Shown here: in pieces, positions 18,355 to 28,010 of the stretch
Layout: the number at the start of each line of letters is the position of its first letter
Numbering within the stretch: the first letter of the stretch is position 1
DNA from: an uncultured virus (IMG/VR IMGVR_UViG_3300044637_001305)
Lineage: Duplodnaviria; Heunggongvirae; Uroviricota; Caudoviricetes
Virus record (IMG/VR): IMGVR_UViG_3300044637_001305
Direction: 5' to 3' (one strand)
DNA length: 64,000 bases
Notes under the pieces: generated by a model
The model's database searches: none
What the model saw: the letters and a program-made list of their open reading frames with translations, nothing else
Told to the model about the DNA's origin: nothing
Program-made: the position numbers and the translations under genes

Positions 18355-20136
18355 ATGGAAATATTAAAAAAAAACATATTAAAAGAAATGGAAGAAAAGA
18401 GTATAGATAACCTTAATAAAGGTATTGATATTGCTGTTTCTATTTTAAAAAATGAGTTTACATTTGTGACGGGTTGGAAATATAAATACGATCCCGATTT
18501 TTTTAATTCTACTGTTTATATATTATTAATTTGTGATATGTATAAGTCCTCAGAATTTTATAATAGTCCAATAAAAGATTATTATAAAAACATAGAGGCA
18601 GATGTTACATATCCGTTTAGTCCTTTAGAAATGTCAACCGAAATAGATAATGAAGAAAAATACGAACTCTATAAAGAAATACAAAAAAGTTTAGACGAAA
18701 CATATTATGAAATACCTAATGATTATAGACACACCTATAAAAGTTATATCTCAAATACCGATTCACCAAAAGAAATTTATATTGACGGATTTGTTTTTCC
18801 TGCTCCTGAGAAACTAAATGAAAGTGAATCTGTTAATTATAAAGTTAGTTTAGCAAAAAGTTTAATACACCAATTATTTGATGAGGTCTCATTTATTGAA
18901 CAATCAGTATATGTATCTTCAATAAACGGTAAACCATCATTAACCGTATATTTTGATTCTGACGACACGGCCGCAAACATAGAAAGTGTTTTTACTCACG
19001 AAATTTGTGACACATTAAGAGATTACACGGGAGGTGAAATAAAATGTGCACCAAGTTGGGGTCCTGAGTCGAGAAGAAATAGAAATAACCCAGACATTCT
19101 CATTGATGCTATACAATTGGAATATGATGATGAAGGTAATGTGATTAATGAATCAAAAGAAGATAACATAACAGAAGTAAAAAAAAATCTAAAAGTTATA
19201 AACACTTTATTATCTTTAGTTAGTTGGGATGGACTTTGTAGTATATGGGTAGACTACAATCCTGAAGATGAGGAATATGAAATACGATCAAAAACTACCG
19301 CATCTTATTTTGATGATAATAACATAGAACAAGAATTAAATTCTTTAGAAGATTCGATAAGTTCTATGGGTATTAGAGTTTATATCTACACACCGTGGCA
19401 TGTTGAAAATTGTGAGGATGAACCTGAATTTTTGAATGAATCGGAAAACAAAAAATCAAACTATGTTAATGTAATTAAACAACTTGTAGAACCATTTAAA
19501 GATGAAGATTGTGTTTGTGATATAGATGTTTCATACGACGAGGAAGATGATATGTATGGTGTGTATGTTGTTCTAGGGCATGAAGAATTAAATGATAATT
19601 TTTTCTCATCATCTGCTATGGGGTTCTACGCAAAAAAATTAAGGGTCGATATTAATAAAACCATTGTGGACTACTTACCAATCAAAAACTTATATGTTGG
19701 TTCTTATGGGGTACCTAATTGTGATTGGAAACCATTAAATGAGAATTGGTATAAAGTACCATCATCAGAATTTGGTCCATTAGAAAGAATCATTAACTTG
19801 GAGATGAGAGAAAAATATGGTTGGTGGAAAGATATAAAAATTAACACACTTAACTATATTACGATGTATGAAGACGTACAAATTGAAGCAGAACTAACAG
19901 TAGATGAAGAATGGGGGGCAAATCAATGGAGAGATTTTTATTATAGCACTAAATTTCCTGGCAACAAAGGATGGGAAAATAACGATGGATATAGTAGACG
20001 AGTTAGTCTTGGAGACATAACCGATTCAACATATGCTGAGGTGATAAGAGATGATTTAAGAGAAATATTAAAATACACATTAAATATTGATATACATAAT
20101 ATGTCTTTTAGAAATGTTTACTTAATATTTGAATAA
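18355..20136 (+). CDS. Putative five-module polyprotein
   Basis: ILKE leader; internal LNES, INES, LNES and LNEN junctions; module 1 is homologous to the standalone gene at 20800. Confidence 0.75.
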   Translation: MEILKKNILKEMEEKSIDNLNKGIDIAVSILKNEFTFVTGWKYKYDPDFFNSTVYILLICDMYKSSEFYNSPIKDYYKNIEADVTYPFSPLEMSTEIDNEEKYELYKEIQKSLDETYYEIPNDYRHTYKSYISNTDSPKEIYIDGFVFPAPEKLNESESVNYKVSLAKSLIHQLFDEVSFIEQSVYVSSINGKPSLTVYFDSDDTAANIESVFTHEICDTLRDYTGGEIKCAPSWGPESRRNRNNPDILIDAIQLEYDDEGNVINESKEDNITEVKKNLKVINTLLSLVSWDGLCSIWVDYNPEDEEYEIRSKTTASYFDDNNIEQELNSLEDSISSMGIRVYIYTPWHVENCEDEPEFLNESENKKSNYVNVIKQLVEPFKDEDCVCDIDVSYDEEDDMYGVYVVLGHEELNDNFFSSSAMGFYAKKLRVDINKTIVDYLPIKNLYVGSYGVPNCDWKPLNENWYKVPSSEFGPLERIINLEMREKYGWWKDIKINTLNYITMYEDVQIEAELTVDEEWGANQWRDFYYSTKFPGNKGWENNDGYSRRVSLGDITDSTYAEVIRDDLREILKYTLNIDIHNMSFRNVYLIFE

Positions 20137-20149
20137 CTATTTATAAATT

Positions 20150-20803
20150 ATGGAAATAAAAAAATTAATATCATTTGACTTTGATGACACGTTAGTTCAC
20201 ACTACATTACCGGCTGAAGGTAAAGTAATATGGAAAGAAAAGACAGGAGAAGAATGGCCTCACAGAGGATGGTGGTCAAGACCTGAGAGTTTGGACATGG
20301 AGGTATTTGAAATACCATTAAATAAAAAGATATATAGAAGATATCAAAAAGCAATATCTGATCCCGATAATTACGTAATATTGGCCACAGGTAGAGTTGA
20401 ACCACTTAAAGATGAGGTTTATAAAATACTAGGCCATTACGGTTTATCTTTTGATGAAACACACCTAAACCCTGGTATTGATACATTTGAATTCAAATCA
20501 AATTTATTTGCTAAACTAATATACGAACTACAACCTGAAGAGTTTATTATGTATGATGATAGACAAGAACACTTGGTCAGGTTTGTTCAATGGGCGAATG
20601 ATATGCCATGTAAAGTAACAATAATTGATGCGATATCAGGAGAGGAATTTAAATCAGAACAGGACCCACTAATTGAATCAATAAAAAGAATATTAAGACA
20701 AGAGACCGAACTAACAGAAAAGTGTTGGAAAGGATATACCCAAAAAGGTATGAAAACTATGTTTGGTAAACGATACCCAAATTGTGTAAAGAAAACAAAA
20801 TGA
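20150..20803 (+). CDS. HAD hydrolase fused to an internal leader and CWKGY micro-domain
   Basis: FDFDDTL, LATGR and MYDDR motifs; C-terminal LIESIKRILRQETELTE-KCWKGY...PNCVK; TATTTAT 20138-44. Confidence 0.75.
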   Translation: MEIKKLISFDFDDTLVHTTLPAEGKVIWKEKTGEEWPHRGWWSRPESLDMEVFEIPLNKKIYRRYQKAISDPDNYVILATGRVEPLKDEVYKILGHYGLSFDETHLNPGIDTFEFKSNLFAKLIYELQPEEFIMYDDRQEHLVRFVQWANDMPCKVTIIDAISGEEFKSEQDPLIESIKRILRQETELTEKCWKGYTQKGMKTMFGKRYPNCVKKTK

Positions 20804-21249
20804 GAGACATTATTATAAAAATATTAAAAGAAGAGACGGAACCTGAAAAAGAACTAACCGATTTAGAAAATAAAGGGATAGATTTGGTTTTTAAAATTCT
20901 TAAAAAGAATTATCCATTTGTTGATGGTTGGAAAATGATCTATAAAGATCGTTTTGAGTTAGATCTTCTAATTACTTGTGATGTGAAAAAACTTTGTGAA
21001 TTTTACAATAGCGAATTAAAAGATTACCACAAACGTAATCCACAAGAAATATATGGAAAAGAATATCCATACCCTTTTTCAGTATTAAATTTATCTAATG
21101 ATATGGATTCAGATGAAAAATGGGCTTTATATAAAGATTTTAATGAACATATGAACGAAATATATGAGTTTATACCCGATGAAATGAAAATCATAAATAT
21201 GTATGATGACGTAATAAAATTAGATGCAGAATTTTTTACATTCAAATGA
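20800..21249 (+). CDS. Leader-bearing protein, paralog of module 1 of 18355
   Basis: MRDIIIKILKEE leader; NKGID...ILK....GWK...YPFS shared with 18355. Confidence 0.75.
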   Translation: MRDIIIKILKEETEPEKELTDLENKGIDLVFKILKKNYPFVDGWKMIYKDRFELDLLITCDVKKLCEFYNSELKDYHKRNPQEIYGKEYPYPFSVLNLSNDMDSDEKWALYKDFNEHMNEIYEFIPDEMKIINMYDDVIKLDAEFFTFK

Positions 21250-21902
21250 AAAACTTAATTAGAAAAATATTAAAAGAAGAGGTAAATAAAAAATACCCCA
21301 AGCCTACACCAAAGATGGAACAACTTGTGTATGGTTGGTTAGATAACTATTTTGAAGGATCTCAAATGTATGATGATGAGGTTTGGGATAACCATAGATT
21401 TGATTTTGAATTTTGTAAAAATGGTAGAGATATTGCAGAATTAATAACCGAATTTGAGGACGAAAGTCCAGATTGGGGACCACAAGATGAAAGACCATTA
21501 AGTGAAAGAAAATTTAAAGAATCGTCCCTACATATATACCCAGTTATGGTCGATGAATTACTTTCAGACATACCAATTAGAAGACACTACTTAATTTACC
21601 TTATTGAAGAATGGTTTGAGGACACATACTTGGATAAAATCCAAAGAATACTAAATAGAAATGATTTACATTTGGATCGTGTATCGGTTTCTACACATAA
21701 AAAAGAAGGTAGCGTATGTGTACCACCAATTAAAAAACCTGAAGATGTGACAGAAGAGGATATGATACAACATATTCTTAAAACTACGCTTTATAAAAGA
21801 AACGAAATACTCAAACATGAAGAAGAAAAACCAGGTTGGATTGAGAAAACGTATTTACAAAAACTTCGTAGTGATGAGTATGATAGATTAAATAGACGAT
21901 AA
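21246..21902 (+). CDS. Leader-bearing protein
   Basis: MKNLIRKILKEE leader. Confidence 0.75.
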   Translation: MKNLIRKILKEEVNKKYPKPTPKMEQLVYGWLDNYFEGSQMYDDEVWDNHRFDFEFCKNGRDIAELITEFEDESPDWGPQDERPLSERKFKESSLHIYPVMVDELLSDIPIRRHYLIYLIEEWFEDTYLDKIQRILNRNDLHLDRVSVSTHKKEGSVCVPPIKKPEDVTEEDMIQHILKTTLYKRNEILKHEEEKPGWIEKTYLQKLRSDEYDRLNRR

Positions 21903-22342
21903 TGAACATACAAAAACACATAAGAAGAATAATAAAAGAAGAGATAGACAAAAAACAATCTCTTTTAAAAATCATAGAAGAGAATGGTTTATATGCCTTT
22001 ATGGAAATGACGGGACTGTCATTACCTGAAGTATATGAAAATGCGGGAGAACTACCAAGAAATATACTTGAACAATACCTTATAGATTGTATTATGGAAG
22101 AAGGACATGAAACTCATTATGACGACAGAAAATATCTTTTAGTTGCAACTTCAATTAGTAATAACACGCATGTTGATTATATATCAACAGAAGGAAAAAC
22201 ATTATGGGTTGAAATTAATGAATATGGTGACGATGATAATGACGATCCTGAAGATGTTTATACTACATCTGCTGATAATCTTTCATACGAGAATATATTT
22301 GATATAGTAAATGAAATTACTGAGTATAAATTAATAAATTAA
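21902..22342 (+). CDS. Leader-bearing acidic protein
   Basis: MNIQKHIRRIIKEE leader. Confidence 0.75.
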   Translation: MNIQKHIRRIIKEEIDKKQSLLKIIEENGLYAFMEMTGLSLPEVYENAGELPRNILEQYLIDCIMEEGHETHYDDRKYLLVATSISNNTHVDYISTEGKTLWVEINEYGDDDNDDPEDVYTTSADNLSYENIFDIVNEITEYKLIN

Positions 22343-22352
22343 AAAATTTAAT

Positions 22353-22958
22353 ATGAACCTACAAGAACAAATATCAAGAATGAAATCAATGATGAGAATC
22401 AAACCAAAAAAACATTCATTTGATTACCACGAACATTTGGTTGAATTATTTTTGGGGGAACAAAAAGAATTGGATGAAGGTAATTATGATTTTGAAATTG
22501 ATGACATAAAAGATGAGGTAATTTCAAAAATTAAAGATAACGAATTTAGTGATGACCCTCAAGAATTTTATAATGCAATCAACCGATCAAAAAAACATAA
22601 AGAAATGTTGTCCGAATATTCTGTTGATGATTTTGCAGAAATGAAATTATTTAAACTTGATGGTTATGATATTGGTTATGCATTAAAAAAGTCACAAGAT
22701 AATGGTTATAATGAAATTGTATCTGTGTTTAATAATTCAGATGTTAAGGGTATTGGAAATGAGTTAATGAAATCAGCAATAAGTAATGGTGGTTGTTATT
22801 TGGACCACTATGATGGGTTTTTAAGTGACTTTTACTCAAGTTTAGGGTTTGAAGAATACGACAGATATGAGTTTGACCCGCAATATGATCCTGACGGGGA
22901 GTTTGAAAAAAAATATGGAAGACAAGATATTATATTTAGAAAGCATAAAAATTGTTAG
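22353..22958 (+). CDS. Leader-bearing GNAT-fold protein
   Basis: MNLQEQISRMKSMM leader; VSVFN...KGIG..LM..AI..GG..LD.YD..L..FY..LGF resembles the GNAT acetyl-CoA-binding motifs. Confidence 0.6.
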   Translation: MNLQEQISRMKSMMRIKPKKHSFDYHEHLVELFLGEQKELDEGNYDFEIDDIKDEVISKIKDNEFSDDPQEFYNAINRSKKHKEMLSEYSVDDFAEMKLFKLDGYDIGYALKKSQDNGYNEIVSVFNNSDVKGIGNELMKSAISNGGCYLDHYDGFLSDFYSSLGFEEYDRYEFDPQYDPDGEFEKKYGRQDIIFRKHKNC

Positions 22959-22982
22959 TTTAATTTTTTTTTCGTAAATTTG
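22951..22982 (+). promoter_or_regulatory. Bacteroidota sigma-A promoter
   Basis: ATTG(22951-54)-N20-TAAATTTG(22975-82); ATG at 22987. Confidence 0.7.
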
Positions 22983-22986
22983 TGTT

Positions 22987-23754
22987 ATGGATAATGCAAC
23001 AAATACTTTTTTGGCAAACGATTTGTTTTTTGAAGAATTCAAAGACCAAATCATTTTACATATACCACACTCAAAAACAAACATTCCAATTAAAGATGGG
23101 TTTAATCTTGATTTAATTGAATCAGAAACAAATTTATTGGTTGACCATGAGACTGATAAAATATTTAATTTACCAAACATTGATAAATTAATATTTGAAC
23201 ATAATAGAATATTTTGTGATGTTGAAAGACTGGATGACGATAATGAACCTTTATTTAAAAAAGGTAGAGGATTTTATTATACACATACAGATAATGGCGA
23301 ACCATTAAGAGAATTATTACCTGACCTTAAATCAAAAATAAAATCAGATTACTACAACAAACACCATGATAAACTTCAATCAATTACAGAAGAAAAGTTA
23401 AATAGGTACAATAGTGTATTAATAATTGATTGTCATTCATTTACAGATGAACCATTTCTATCAGATATAGATAAAACATCAAATAGACCTGACATATGTT
23501 TGGGTATTGATGAATATCACACACCAAATTGGTTAATCATGCAGTTAAAAAAGGGGTTTGAAAATCATAATTTATCTGTTAAAATAAATTCACCATATTC
23601 TGGAACAATCATTCCTTTAACGCACTATAAAAAAGACAAACGAGTTAAAGGAATAATGATTGAAATAAATAGAAAGTTATATATTAATAATGGTGTGGTT
23701 AATGATGATGAGGTAAAGAAACTTAATGATATCATTTCAGACGTATTATTTTAA
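22987..23754 (+). CDS. N-formylglutamate amidohydrolase family protein
   Basis: HIPHS, R..CDVER, IDCHSF, RPDICLG, NSPYSG and IEINRKLY motifs. Confidence 0.85.
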   Translation: MDNATNTFLANDLFFEEFKDQIILHIPHSKTNIPIKDGFNLDLIESETNLLVDHETDKIFNLPNIDKLIFEHNRIFCDVERLDDDNEPLFKKGRGFYYTHTDNGEPLRELLPDLKSKIKSDYYNKHHDKLQSITEEKLNRYNSVLIIDCHSFTDEPFLSDIDKTSNRPDICLGIDEYHTPNWLIMQLKKGFENHNLSVKINSPYSGTIIPLTHYKKDKRVKGIMIEINRKLYINNGVVNDDEVKKLNDIISDVLF

Positions 23755-23772
23755 TGGATATATTTATTTTAT

Positions 23773-23799
23773 ATGAACCTACAAGAACAAATTATTTGA
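23773..23799 (+). pseudogene. Orphan leader remnant MNLQEQII*
   Basis: TATTTAT 23761-67, then ATGAACCTACAAGAACAAAT identical to the start of 22353, then a stop. Confidence 0.7.
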
Positions 23800-23815
23800 T
23801 CCCCCACTTGAAAAT

Positions 23816-24457
23816 ATGGCATATTTAAACGCAAACATACCAACAATAACTTGTTTTATTAGAAACGAGTTTATGTTTAATCACGAAAAAGGTCATGGAG
23901 AATTCACAGCGGCCGATGTTCATAGTGTAGCATCAATACAAAAAAGAGTCCCGTTATTTGAAGCCTTTTTAGAGAATGGGGTTAATTGGACAAGAAGACC
24001 GATACATGCTTTTGTATGGAAAAAAGGTGCTGAGATATTACCACTAACTGAACACATTTATTGGGATAGTTTTTCTTCTTATATTGATGTACAAGTTAGA
24101 GAAAGGATGTCAGGATTAAGAGCGGATTTAATATCAATAACGGGTAAAAAAAGACAGGGGGTTTATTTATTTACGTTAGATTGGTCACATGAGAATAGAA
24201 ACGTATTAGACACAAACTTTTCTGAAACACCTGAACATAAATGTGGACATGTATTTAAAATGGATAACGGTAATTATTTTATTTATCCTAACAACAGAAT
24301 TATATGGATGGATAAAGCTTGGACATTTAATAGAATATCAGAAAACCCTGGTTATAAAATAGATATGAATACATATACTGTAGAACACCAAAGCGGGTTT
24401 CAAACCGACTACTCTTATATGACAGAATTTAATAAAGAAGATTTTAAATTAATCTGA
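23816..24457 (+). CDS. Conserved phage hypothetical protein
   Basis: MAYLNANIP...R.P.HAF...WD.FS...EHKC.H...G...YPNNRI pattern. Confidence 0.75.
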   Translation: MAYLNANIPTITCFIRNEFMFNHEKGHGEFTAADVHSVASIQKRVPLFEAFLENGVNWTRRPIHAFVWKKGAEILPLTEHIYWDSFSSYIDVQVRERMSGLRADLISITGKKRQGVYLFTLDWSHENRNVLDTNFSETPEHKCGHVFKMDNGNYFIYPNNRIIWMDKAWTFNRISENPGYKIDMNTYTVEHQSGFQTDYSYMTEFNKEDFKLI

Positions 24458-24496
24458 TCCTCCACTTGTAAAAATGGGGGATTTTTTATATCTTTG
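24457..24496 (+). promoter_or_regulatory. Terminator hairpin overlapping a Bacteroidota promoter
   Basis: ATCCTCCA/TGGGGGAT stem plus T run; CTTG(24465-68)-N20-TATCTTTG(24489-96). Confidence 0.7.
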
Positions 24497-24521
24497 TATT
24501 ATACCGATTATTAGTAAAGAC

Positions 24522-24761
24522 ATGTTAACCGAATATATAAAAGACATTTTAGATAATGAATGCGTAGAAGTTGAACTTATTGGTAAAAGGTATGTTATTA
24601 CACAAATTTTAGATTGTAAAGGATGTTCATTATTATATGAATTTTATAATAGCACAAGTCGTGTTTTTATAAGAATAATATGTGGAAAATTAGACATCTA
24701 TATTCCAAGTGAAGAGTATATAGTTAAAACAAAAACGATTAACGAACCAATACCTGAGTAG
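24522..24761 (+). CDS. Hypothetical CxxC protein, paralog of 24763
   Basis: MLTEYIKDIL...QILDCKGCSL versus MLVEYIKNII...QIIDCKECSL; start re-assigned downstream of the promoter. Confidence 0.7.
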   Translation: MLTEYIKDILDNECVEVELIGKRYVITQILDCKGCSLLYEFYNSTSRVFIRIICGKLDIYIPSEEYIVKTKTINEPIPE

Positions 24762-24762
24762 A

Positions 24763-25143
24763 ATGTTAGTAGAGTATATAAAAAATATAATAGATAGTGA
24801 TAAGTGGGTGGTTGAACTCACAGACGGGAAATATATTGTTAAACAAATAATTGATTGTAAAGAATGTAGTTTGACACAGGCAGCTAGAGAAACTGGAATG
24901 TCGTGGATAGTATCGGTAATTAAAAAAAAGTTAAAACAATACTTACCTAAAGATGTAATTTATGAAGTAAAATACGAATTAATAAATGTACCAAAACCTA
25001 ACATACAAATATATGGCGGTATAGATATGGCAAAAAAAGTAAATACATACATTAATATACATAGAACATACGACAGACACTTAGGTTCGTATATTTCATG
25101 GGACACAAATGTTCCCGTTATACGCACTAATGAAACGGTTTAA
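24763..25143 (+). CDS. Hypothetical CxxC protein, paralog of 24522
   Basis: Tandem paralog of 24522. Confidence 0.7.
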   Translation: MLVEYIKNIIDSDKWVVELTDGKYIVKQIIDCKECSLTQAARETGMSWIVSVIKKKLKQYLPKDVIYEVKYELINVPKPNIQIYGGIDMAKKVNTYINIHRTYDRHLGSYISWDTNVPVIRTNETV

Positions 25144-25188
25144 AATGATGTTAGACTATAATTTTAATTTACTGAAGTATTTATTAAT

Positions 25189-25491
25189 ATGAACTTACAA
25201 GAACAAATCAATAGAACAAAAACTTTAATGGGGATGAAACCATTAAACGAGGAAACAACAGGAGACAAACCAAATAAAAACTTCTGTTCGGCTTACCCAA
25301 ATTCAGTATATGGTGAAGGAGTTAGTATGGATCAAAATACGTCTTATGATATGGCATATCAAGATGCGTCACTAAAATTATCTCAGAAGATTAAAAAAGA
25401 ATCATTTTCTTCTGATGTAAAATTACAAAAAGTTTTTAAAACAGCAGAAGGTTCATATAGAACAAAGTTGTGTTTAGAGGAAAGAGCATAG
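25189..25491 (+). CDS. Leader-bearing protein, LPP20-like core
   Basis: TATTTAT 25178-84; MNLQEQINRTKTLMGMKPLNE leader; VYGEGVS...AYQDA..KL. Confidence 0.65.
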   Translation: MNLQEQINRTKTLMGMKPLNEETTGDKPNKNFCSAYPNSVYGEGVSMDQNTSYDMAYQDASLKLSQKIKKESFSSDVKLQKVFKTAEGSYRTKLCLEERA

Positions 25492-25513
25492 ATTTAATAT
25501 AGTATTTATTAAT

Positions 25514-25909
25514 ATGGACCTACAAGAACATATCAGAAAAGTATTAAGAGAAGAGATTACTTCAGAAGAAGTAAAGTTTCATAGACAAATAAAAAAAACA
25601 CGATCATATGAATATCTAATTAACAGATTCAAAATAGAAGATGTGGACGGGGAAGAAAAGATGGTGGATACAAAATATTATACAACTTATTATATACATG
25701 GTGGACAAATAAGTAAAACATCACAAAAAATTAGTAACGACATACTATACGAGATATCAAAAATGAAAGGTGAAGAAGAAACCCTTATAAAAATATATAA
25801 AAGGTTTTGTAATAAATTATTTCCTGATTGTGATATGGAACACGATACTATATTAAACATGGTTATTTATAATATGGTACGTGATTATATATTAGAAGTA
25901 AGACTATAG
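25514..25909 (+). CDS. Leader-bearing protein
   Basis: TATTTAT 25503-09; MDLQEHIRKVLREE leader. Confidence 0.7.
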   Translation: MDLQEHIRKVLREEITSEEVKFHRQIKKTRSYEYLINRFKIEDVDGEEKMVDTKYYTTYYIHGGQISKTSQKISNDILYEISKMKGEEETLIKIYKRFCNKLFPDCDMEHDTILNMVIYNMVRDYILEVRL

Positions 25910-26241
25910 ATTTAATTTACTCACTCATCTCTACCGTTCATTTCATTCACTACGTTCTTCGTTCATAACTTAATTCTATACTCTTACATTTCTATAAAGG
26001 TTATGTGGTAATTAATGGGGCCTATCTTAAATCATAATGTAATATACTATTAACAAAATACAGGACAATTGTAAAAAGTATTTACATGTACGTTCTATCG
26101 ACAAAGTTCTAATGTATGTCGAAAATAATAAGAATAATCGACATTATAAACTTTTACAAGTATTAAAAAATGTTGATAAAAAAAAGTGTTTCAGTGTTCA
26201 TTTTTATTAAATATTAGATATTTATATATAAAGTAATTACT

Positions 26242-26697
26242 ATGATCAATTGTACCAAATGCGGGGAGATTAAAGACGAATCACAATTTAGACCAAGACC
26301 TAAATTAATTAGAGGTTATAATTCTTGGTGTCGGGAGTGTGAATTGAATGCAAACAGAAAAAGGTATGTCCCTAAAGAGAAAAAAGAAAAGAAACCAATA
26401 GACGAAACAAAAGTTAAATTTTCGGCAAAAAAAAGAATGTTAAAACATAGGTATTCTATTGATTATGACACATACCTAAAAATGTATGAAGACCAAAAAG
26501 GTAAATGTAAAATATGTGGTGTAGATAAAGAATTAGGTGGAGTATCTGGTTTATTTGTCGATCATTGTCACTCAACAAATAAGATAAGGGGGTTGTTATG
26601 TACTAATTGTAATTCAGGATTAGGTAAATTTATGGATAATATAGAATTATTAAATAATGCGATAAACTACATTAAACAAAATAATGATAACACCTAA
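26242..26697 (+). CDS. Endonuclease VII-family (His-Me finger) nuclease
   Basis: N-terminal CTKC...CREC; Q.GKCKIC, VDHCH and RGLLC..CN.GLG.F.DN motifs. Confidence 0.9.
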   Translation: MINCTKCGEIKDESQFRPRPKLIRGYNSWCRECELNANRKRYVPKEKKEKKPIDETKVKFSAKKRMLKHRYSIDYDTYLKMYEDQKGKCKICGVDKELGGVSGLFVDHCHSTNKIRGLLCTNCNSGLGKFMDNIELLNNAINYIKQNNDNT

Positions 26698-27516
26698 TCA
26701 CTCATCAATACATTCACTCCGTGATCATTCCATTTACTAACCGTAAATGTCATTATGTATTTTATTCGTAATAATGTGTTATCATTATATGTTCAATATA
26801 TTTAAAACTTCAGTGGCACTGAACATACAATTAAATTGAACATAACTATTTCCCCCCATTTTAAAGAAGGGTCCCCCATTTTATTAATGGATGATCAGAG
26901 TAAGATGTATCAGGTATGTTCTAATAATATACAGATGAGGTGTTTATATAAGTTGTTCTAAAGAACATTAAGTATAAACAATATAAGTTGTATATATAAA
27001 CGAACAATACGAAGTGGTATTATATATGGACTGATCTTTTGTAGTAGATGAGTAAGGTTAAACCTGACAGTAGTGATACGTTTAGTAAGTCCCCCACTTA
27101 TTACCACTAAATAATATCTTACTTATGTTATCCTAATTCACGTTGGGGGTTAATATATGACATATTTACATGGTCATTACGTTGGATTAGTTAAAGGACT
27201 TCGTCTCCGCGGCTTCTACAGTATAGAAACAACTTTTAGCTGGAAAATCTATATAGTAAAAAAAATGGTCCTACAGATACCTGCAGAGGGGTTTTTTTAG
27301 GCTGGTTGTAGCAACAAGAACAATTATGGTGGTAAAAGGTGGGAATAATATGTGGTAAAAAGTGGGGAAAGGGATTGTCCCCCGTGTGAAGCGAGCCTGA
27401 CATTTTGACAAAATCAAGAAAATTAACATATTTTAACAATTAAATTTCCCCCTGACAGTATGACAGTCCCCAATTATTATGTTTACAATACCAAAAAAAG
27501 TTACTAACATTAAGGT

Positions 27517-27834
27517 ATGGAACAGATAGAGAAGTTTTTAAAAGATAATTACACCCCAACGATCACAGAATCAAAGTTAGGGTTGTCTTGTATATTTAAA
27601 CACAAGGAAGGGATAACAGAAGATAGTGTAATATTTTTTGAGTTTTCAAAAAAAGGGTGGAGTAAAAAACCTATTGTCAATAAGAGACAATATGTAATTG
27701 TGGATGCTGACACAAAGGAGTTATTAGATTTTCTATCAAAATATTTTAATCTAACTGAAGAGAACTATAATGAAGTTAGAAGAATTATAATCAACATGGG
27801 GATTGATGCAATGGATACATTCTATGGGGACTAA
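27517..27834 (+). CDS. Hypothetical protein
   Basis: 105-aa ORF with normal codon pattern. Confidence 0.65.
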   Translation: MEQIEKFLKDNYTPTITESKLGLSCIFKHKEGITEDSVIFFEFSKKGWSKKPIVNKRQYVIVDADTKELLDFLSKYFNLTEENYNEVRRIIINMGIDAMDTFYGD

Positions 27835-28010
27835 TCAATGGTATCATGTTTCCCCTTCTTTAATGTTTCTCTTCTAATAAGATCTTCAGTGGGGATCTCA
27901 TCGTCATCATCTTCTTTATGATCATCATAGTTAGATATTGAATTAATCACAACTGCTGAGATGATTAATCCCAATAGACAAAATATAAGTGTTGTGAATG
28001 TTAGACCCAT
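27831..28010 (-). CDS. Small membrane protein (59 aa, absent from the ORF track)
   Basis: MGLTFTTLIFCLLGLIISAVVI TM segment plus acidic tail; upstream TTGATT-N17-TATATT. Confidence 0.55.
   Translation of the reverse strand: MGLTFTTLIFCLLGLIISAVVINSISNYDDHKEDDDDEIPTEDLIRRETLKKGKHDTID

Noticed and set aside
27236..27439. Minus-strand 67-aa ORF, and the 68-aa ORF at 28210-28416
   Set aside because: Atypical composition driven by G/C tracts. The second is interrupted by a promoter at 28330-28299, so at most its last 26 codons could be translated.
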